Source of the DNA: a bacterium
Lineage (GTDB): Bacteria > UBP15 > UBA6099 > JBFMBQ01
Assembly: GCA_040755115.1 (NCBI GenBank)
Contig: JBFMBQ010000044.1
Coordinates: 1-12,204 of the forward strand
Reading direction: 5' to 3'
Length of the DNA stretch: 12,204 nt
Position 1 is the stretch's first letter; each line of letters starts with the position of its first letter. Made by a program: the position numbers and the translations under genes. Below are positions 8,059 to 12,204 of this stretch, piece after piece. The notes beneath the pieces were generated by a model. The model was not told where the DNA came from. It was given only the letters and a program-made list of their open reading frames with translations, and searched no databases.

Positions 8059-9384
8059 ATGAAAGCGACAATCCGGGCGTGTATTTTACAGGTTTTGTTA
8101 TGTATGTGCGCGGCAAATGCTGCGGAACTGAAGGTAGCCGGAGCGGGGAAAATTCACATAAAAACATATTTTGAATCTACGGTTGATGTGAAAGGCGTTG
8201 CGGCGCCGTTCAGGCTGGAAATATCGGCAGGGAGGCTGCCGTTCGGTCTGCGCCTGACCACAAACAATACGATTGCAGGTTACCCGGCAGCGGTTGAGCG
8301 CACAACCGCAACATTGCGCGCAACAGGCTCTGACGGCACATCAGTGGAGGAAGACATTCAGTTCACGGTAGTTGACGATAAGTTCCGCCTGCTCTATCGG
8401 GAATTACCTGTGGCGCAAGTCGGCAAAAAAATCGTGGCAAAGATAGAAATGCAGGGAGGGGTTGCGCCGTATTCGGGCTGCCGGATAGAGCGTGTGCGTA
8501 CATTTTTCAACGGCGGTGCGGCAATACCTGGGGCGAAAGCGCCGGCGGTGGACGAAGCGCCGGGATGGTTGTCGCTCAACGACGACTGCACGATGACCGT
8601 TGCGCCGGACGAAGAAGCGATTGTGCTTCTCGTGATTTCCGCGCACGATGCCGCTGATGCGAAGGCGAGCGAATTTTACGCCCTGCGCGCTGCGTCAGGC
8701 CCTTCATCACGCGGCTGGCTTGAACAGAAGGCAATAGAATACAACGAAGATTATCAGAAACGGTTCTCACCATACGGATTGACATTAGAGATTGATGCGA
8801 ACGGCGCGTATCATGCTTACGGCGATGCAGCAATGTGGACGGGAACATATCTTGCCGGAGCAGCATATTATTACGCTGTAACGGGCGAGGATTTTGCGCG
8901 GGTAAACCTTGAAAAGGCGCTTGCGGCGACAACGCAATTGCGGGAAATTACAGGCGTCCCCGGTCTGATTGCAAGGGCTTATGAAAACGACGAGTGGGTC
9001 GGCAAACGCGCAGAACCCCATATCAAGGCTGCACATGAGGAACACCGCTACCTCGTGGAGACCGGTCCGTGGAAAGGATGGCGTTTCCTGAGCACTGCGA
9101 GCCGCGACCAGTTTACCGGCGTGCTCTGGGGCAACGGAACGGTTTTAGAATTATTTGACGACCCTGATCTGAAGCGACGGGCATCTGCGAATATCGTTGC
9201 AATGGCAGCGCACATCTGGGATAACAAGATGCACATTATGGACGATTTCCAGTGGCAGCGCGAGCCATACAGGATCGGTCCGACATGGTCTGAAGGCGAT
9301 GCGGGAAGAAACTATCCCGGAGTTGATGTCATCACGCCGTATTGGATGGGGAGATATTTTGGGTATATACCCGAAGGAATATAA
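8059..9384 (+). CDS. Secreted hypothetical protein with an N-terminal Ig-like (putative-Ig/He_PIG-type) repeat
   Basis: 441 aa. Signal peptide MKATIRACILQVLLCMCAANA, then an Ig-like segment (GRLPFGLRLTTNNTIAGYPA...TLRATGSDGTS). The Trp/Tyr-rich C-terminal 250 aa is unrecognised. GGAGGG site 5 nt upstream. Its last 30 codons are duplicated about 1 kb downstream. Confidence 0.6.
   Translation: MKATIRACILQVLLCMCAANAAELKVAGAGKIHIKTYFESTVDVKGVAAPFRLEISAGRLPFGLRLTTNNTIAGYPAAVERTTATLRATGSDGTSVEEDIQFTVVDDKFRLLYRELPVAQVGKKIVAKIEMQGGVAPYSGCRIERVRTFFNGGAAIPGAKAPAVDEAPGWLSLNDDCTMTVAPDEEAIVLLVISAHDAADAKASEFYALRAASGPSSRGWLEQKAIEYNEDYQKRFSPYGLTLEIDANGAYHAYGDAAMWTGTYLAGAAYYYAVTGEDFARVNLEKALAATTQLREITGVPGLIARAYENDEWVGKRAEPHIKAAHEEHRYLVETGPWKGWRFLSTASRDQFTGVLWGNGTVLELFDDPDLKRRASANIVAMAAHIWDNKMHIMDDFQWQREPYRIGPTWSEGDAGRNYPGVDVITPYWMGRYFGYIPEGI
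9286..9375 (+). repeat. Direct repeat copy 1 (the in-frame 3' end of the secreted-protein gene)
   Basis: 90 bp, 84/90 identical to 10339-10428. Encodes WSEGDAGRNYPGVDVITPYWMGRYFGYIPE, followed by GI and a stop. Confidence 0.9.
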
Positions 9385-9483
9385 ACCCCGAAACTGCAAA
9401 AGTTTCACGCGAAGAACGCGAAGAAAAACAAAATGCGCTGGGGGAATGATAGAAACGCGAATTTTGCCAAAGAATTCCAACCT

Positions 9484-9520
9484 GCTGTGTTATCCCAAAA
9501 CACAGGCTGTGTGTTATAAT
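9484..9520 (+). promoter_or_regulatory. Promoter and candidate operator of the MNT-HEPN operon
   Basis: Extended -10 TGTTATAAT (9512-9520), 31 bp before the ATG. Inverted repeat ctgtgtt (9485-9491) / aacacag (9499-9505) over the -35 position, with ctgtgtgtt repeated at 9507-9515. Confidence 0.45.
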
Positions 9521-9550
9521 AATTATAAATGGTTTTCATGGTGAACATAT

Positions 9551-9868
9551 ATGACTGTAGTGGAATTGCTCCAACGGATTAAGGAACGCCTTCAGATTCT
9601 TTACGGCGACAGGCTGAAAGGCGTTATTCTCTATGGTTCTGAGGCGCGGGGCGACGCAGTTCCAGACAGCGATATTGACATCCTCTGCGTTCTGGACGGT
9701 TCGGTGAACACATGGAAAGAAATCCGTGCGACGGTTAAAGCGACATATTCACTAAAACTTGAATATTTAGACCGTATGTTCCACATAACCCCTGTCTCAA
9801 AGGAGGATTACGATAACGGGGCGTTTGCTATGTTACGGTTTGCACGACAAGAGGGTATTGAGATATGA
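9551..9868 (+). CDS. mntA: Minimal nucleotidyltransferase (MNT) antitoxin, MntA-like
   Basis: 105 aa. The nucleotidyltransferase signature LYGSEARGDAVPDSDIDILCV (G[GS] followed by an acidic hDhD motif). It overlaps the downstream HEPN gene by 4 bp (ATGA). Confidence 0.85.
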   Translation: MTVVELLQRIKERLQILYGDRLKGVILYGSEARGDAVPDSDIDILCVLDGSVNTWKEIRATVKATYSLKLEYLDRMFHITPVSKEDYDNGAFAMLRFARQEGIEI

Positions 9869-10266
9869 CCGGCATAACAGAAGCAAAAATTCTATGGGAG
9901 CGAGCGGTTGCCACATTTGAAGACGCCCAGGCTGTGAAACATCCTCATAGCATTGCGAATCGTTCATATTATGCCGCATTTTATGCTGTATCCGCGTTGT
10001 TCGCCCTTGAGGACGTTGCTTTCCGGAAACATCAGCAAGTTGAGGCTGCTGTCCATCGGGACCTTGTCCTGCCCGGAAAGTGGTCCAAGGAACTCGGAGA
10101 CGGTTATTCTTCACTTATGGAATTTCGTACAACCGGCGATTACGGAATCGTGAATAGTGTAACTCCGGTTGAAGCAAAAGAAGCCATAGAAATCGCCCGT
10201 GACATCCTCAAATCCGTCCACGAGGCGCATCCCGATATATTTCCCCTGCCGCTGGATAACCCATAG
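9865..10266 (+). CDS. hepT: HEPN-domain toxin, HepT-like
   Basis: 133 aa. An HEPN-like helical segment (NRSYYAAFYAVSALFALEDVAFRKHQQVEAAVHRDLV) and a C-terminal R-x-containing segment (EFRTTGDYG). Translationally coupled to the upstream MNT gene. This is the classic MNT-HEPN pair. Confidence 0.78.
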   Translation: MTGITEAKILWERAVATFEDAQAVKHPHSIANRSYYAAFYAVSALFALEDVAFRKHQQVEAAVHRDLVLPGKWSKELGDGYSSLMEFRTTGDYGIVNSVTPVEAKEAIEIARDILKSVHEAHPDIFPLPLDNP

Positions 10267-10338
10267 ACCTTTGTTTTTGTACAACCGAAATAGTGTTATT
10301 CCCTTATATCCAGATTTAAGGTCTGATACCTTTATCCT

Positions 10339-10428
10339 TGGTCTGAAGGCGATGTTGGAAGAAACTATCCCGGCGTTGATGTCATCACGCCCTACTGGAT
10401 GGGGAGATATTTTGGGTATATACCAGAA
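10339..10428 (+). pseudogene. Orphan 3'-terminal fragment (direct repeat copy 2) of a homologue of the 8059-9384 gene
   Basis: Encodes WSEGDVGRNYPGVDVITPYWMGRYFGYIPE, then YL and a stop at the same relative position as copy 1. There is no start and an in-frame stop 4 codons upstream. Five of the six nucleotide differences from copy 1 are synonymous. Confidence 0.8.
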
Positions 10429-10471
10429 TATCTTTGACCAAAATGAGCGATTTTTGACGATGAATAATTTT

Positions 10472-10551
10472 GGAGTGCGGTGATATTTCACCGCTTTGTC
10501 ATACGGCGATATATCGCCGTAAATGAAAGCGACATCGTGATGTCGCACTCC
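10472..10551. terminator. Cluster of three phased 18-bp palindromic hairpins, a probable bidirectional terminator between convergent transcription units
   Basis: Hairpins at 10477-10494 (gcggtga/tatt/tcaccgc, followed by TTTG on the plus strand), at 10503-10520 (the perfect palindrome acggcgatatatcgccgt) and at 10529-10546 (gcgacatc/gtgatgtcgc, followed on the minus strand by TTTCATTT). Outer complementary arms ggagtgcg and cgcactcc. Confidence 0.5.
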
Positions 10552-10608
10552 AGATTGATCACTCATTAGAGGAAACAATATCATAGAGAGAATCGCTCAA
10601 TTTAGGTT

Positions 10609-10899
10609 TTATTTAACGGTTTTTCTTGGTGGTCTTTCCGATGGATCGCGTACAAATCGACGAACCAATACATGGGTAATAACTTTATTTCCATCACTGG
10701 TTTGTATTGAATCATCCCATGCATCAATGATTTTTTTAACTCTACGATTTTCAAAGCACTTTTTATAGTCTCCATAATTGATATCGTGTGCTCCTTTAAT
10801 ATGCGTCTTTAATGCGCCTCCCTTACCACAGTTGCGTCCACAAATATTACACATAGTTCCACGACCTCGTCTAACAGCGCCTTTTTTTCTTTTAGGCAT
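10609..10899 (-). CDS. Small basic C2H2-type zinc-finger protein (putative DNA-binding protein)
   Basis: 96 aa from an ATG with a GGAAGGTGG site 5 nt upstream. The N-terminus PKRKKGAVRRGRG resembles an AT-hook or nuclear-localisation signal. It is followed by C-x2-C-x12-H-x4-H (CNICGRNCGKGGALKTHIKGAH). The coding sequence is markedly AT-rich compared with its neighbours. Confidence 0.55.
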   Translation of the reverse strand: MPKRKKGAVRRGRGTMCNICGRNCGKGGALKTHIKGAHDINYGDYKKCFENRRVKKIIDAWDDSIQTSDGNKVITHVLVRRFVRDPSERPPRKTVK

Positions 10900-11358
10900 A
10901 AAATCCACCTTCCTTTCTGATGATGACCAAATTATACCGCGAATAAAACATCAACAATTGATAGATAAAATAATGGGAGGGAATGGAGGTAGAGAATGGA
11001 GTCAAGTCTTTAATTTGGAGTGTTTTTTTAGATGTTGTTTTTTATATTTCCGAGACATTAATAAGTTCCCCATGCCGGCGGGCGATCTCTATGATTGCCG
11101 TATGTGCCACCCCCAAACTTGTTTTGGGGTGCCACACGGCGCGGTGCGGAGACCGCGCCCTACAGCAATTCACATGGCTAAAATGTTGCTTTTTATTCTA
11201 TCCTGAATTTATTTATACAGTCAACAGTATTGATGAGGTCTTGCTGGTTGGTTGAAAAAATCAAGATTAACCGCAGAGGCGCAGAGGACGCAGAGAAATC
11301 CGTGTAAATTCGTGTAATTCGTGGATAAAAATATATTCATCCCCGCAGCGAATAATTT

Positions 11359-11366
11359 TGTATAAT
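11359..11366 (+). promoter_or_regulatory. Candidate -10 element (TGTATAAT) upstream of tgt
   Basis: Near-consensus TG plus TATAAT, 215 nt upstream of the tgt start. The -35 is weak (TTCATC at a 19-bp spacing). Confidence 0.35.
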
Positions 11367-11442
11367 GTTTGAAGTAATTTAATACAGGTGAAAGCGATAG
11401 TGTCTTAAAACTGAAATCTTGCGCAAAAAGGCAAAAACTTTA

Positions 11443-11530
11443 GAACCACAGATGGACACGGATAAACACAGATGTTTTATTTGCGCCTTCGGCGCAAATA
11501 TCAGTGTATATCAGTGTTAATCCGTGGTTC
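11443..11530. repeat. Second GAACCAC/GTGGTTC-bounded element, with inverted decamer arms around a central hairpin (atttgcgcc ttc ggcgcaaat)
   Basis: Same termini and decamer family as 5449-5501, in palindromic arrangement. It lies in the tgt 5' leader region. Confidence 0.75.
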
Positions 11531-11580
11531 ATACTTTTTGGTTCTGGCTATGCCGGATTAGGACATTAAGGAGGAAATTA

Positions 11581-12204
11581 TTGGTTTTTCAATTAGAGGC
11601 AACGAGCGGCGATGCCCGCACCGGCGTCTGCCGACTCCCGCACGGCTCGTTCCAAACGCCGCTGTTCATGCCTGTGGGCACTTACGGTGCGGTGAAGGCG
11701 ATTGCTCCGGCGGAACTGCGCCGCATCGGCGTTGAGGTAATCCTCTGCAATGCGTATCATCTCTACCTGCGCCCCGGCGTGGAAGTCGTTGAAAGTCTCG
11801 GCGGACTGCGCGCCTTCGCCGCGTGGGATGGTCTGGTGCTAACGGACAGCGGCGGCTACCAGATATTCAGTCTCAAGGGAATGACGAAGGTTGACGAGCG
11901 CGGCGTTGAATTCCGCTCGCACCTTGACGGCTCTTCGCATTTTCTCACGCCTGAGGAATGCGTTCAGTTTCAGTCGCGGCTCGGTGCGGACATCATAATG
12001 GCGCTTGATGTGTGCCCGCCGCACGATGCACCGAAAGCAGAGGTTGAGGGCGCAACGGAGCGGACGGGACGCTGGGCGGAACGATGCAGGCGCGTGCCTC
12101 TGCCCGACGGGCGCGCATTGTTCGGGATCGTTCAGGGCGGTATGTATCAGGAACTGCGAAAAATTTCAGCAGAACGGATTTGCGAACTTGATTTTTCGGG
12201 CAAC
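11581..12204 (+). CDS. tgt: Queuine tRNA-ribosyltransferase (partial, continues past the window end)
   Basis: TTG start 6 nt after an AGGAGG site. The translation FQLEATSGDARTGVCRLPHGSFQTPLFMPVGTYGAVKAI...LTDSGGYQIFSL...ALDVCPP matches the conserved Tgt N-terminal half. Confidence 0.88.
   Translation, partial: MVFQLEATSGDARTGVCRLPHGSFQTPLFMPVGTYGAVKAIAPAELRRIGVEVILCNAYHLYLRPGVEVVESLGGLRAFAAWDGLVLTDSGGYQIFSLKGMTKVDERGVEFRSHLDGSSHFLTPEECVQFQSRLGADIIMALDVCPPHDAPKAEVEGATERTGRWAERCRRVPLPDGRALFGIVQGGMYQELRKISAERICELDFSGN

Noticed and set aside
9151-9480. Minus-strand 109-aa ORF
   Set aside because: Antisense to the duplicated gene 3' end. A shared peptide (YIPKISPHP...RDDIN.GIVSS.IAFRP) appears in this ORF and the 10111-10584 one only because both read the same 90-bp repeat backwards.
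10199-10483. Plus-strand 94-aa ORF spanning the HEPN 3' end, the 72-bp spacer and repeat copy 2 (out of frame)
   Set aside because: It starts inside HEPN in another frame and reads copy 2 in the wrong frame, so it is spurious. The coding-like signal in copy 2 belongs to the frame that encodes WSEGDVGRNYPGV...
10472-10551. Integron attC site or tRNA-like cloverleaf
   Set aside because: No RYYYAAC / GTTRRRY core sites at the ends. The arms are 7 bp with 4-nt loops, there is no T-loop or anticodon-loop geometry, and no CCA context.
10111-10584. Minus-strand 157-aa ORF
   Set aside because: Same antisense-repeat artefact as the 9151-9480 ORF. It spans the hairpin cluster and has no ribosome-binding site.
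10983-11255. 90-aa ORF (MEVENGVKSLIWSV...) with GGGAGGG 1 nt before the ATG
   Set aside because: The spacer is too short for a functional ribosome-binding site, and two thirds of the ORF is translated from hairpin repeats A and B and AT-rich filler. A small real N-terminal peptide cannot be excluded.

Overview
This 12.2 kb window is a bacterial chromosomal segment with GC-rich coding regions, AT-rich spacers and classical AGGAGG-type ribosome-binding sites. The housekeeping part runs as follows. On the minus strand are a Zn-dependent alcohol dehydrogenase and the exonuclease VII small and large subunits (xseB, xseA). On the plus strand are an AraA/FucI-superfamily sugar isomerase, an SPFH/band-7 stomatin-like protein, an RluD-type pseudouridine synthase, a DUF362 protein, a signal-peptide Ig-like secreted protein and, partial at the right edge, queuine tRNA-ribosyltransferase (tgt). 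Between the secreted-protein gene and tgt lies about 1.7 kb that looks accessory (roughly 9385-11095). It holds an overlapping MNT-nucleotidyltransferase/HEPN toxin-antitoxin pair (HepT/MntA-type). Just past it is a 90-bp orphan copy of the last 30 codons of the secreted-protein gene, 93% identical at nucleotide level, with almost only synonymous differences and its own stop codon at the same relative position. Three phased 18-bp palindromic hairpins follow. Beyond them is a sharply AT-rich block encoding, on the minus strand, a 96-aa basic protein with a eukaryote-like C2H2 zinc finger. The duplicated gene 3' end flanking the TA cassette looks like an attL/attR-type scar of a site-specific integration into the gene 3' end; no integrase is present in the window. 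Independently, nearly every intergenic spacer carries members of a short repeat family: 7- to 10-bp phased tandem repeats, GC-rich hairpins that recur with identical sequence at distant sites, and two small elements bounded by identical GAACCAC/GTGGTTC inverted termini. All identifications come from reading the translations and the sequence by eye; no database search or folding was run.
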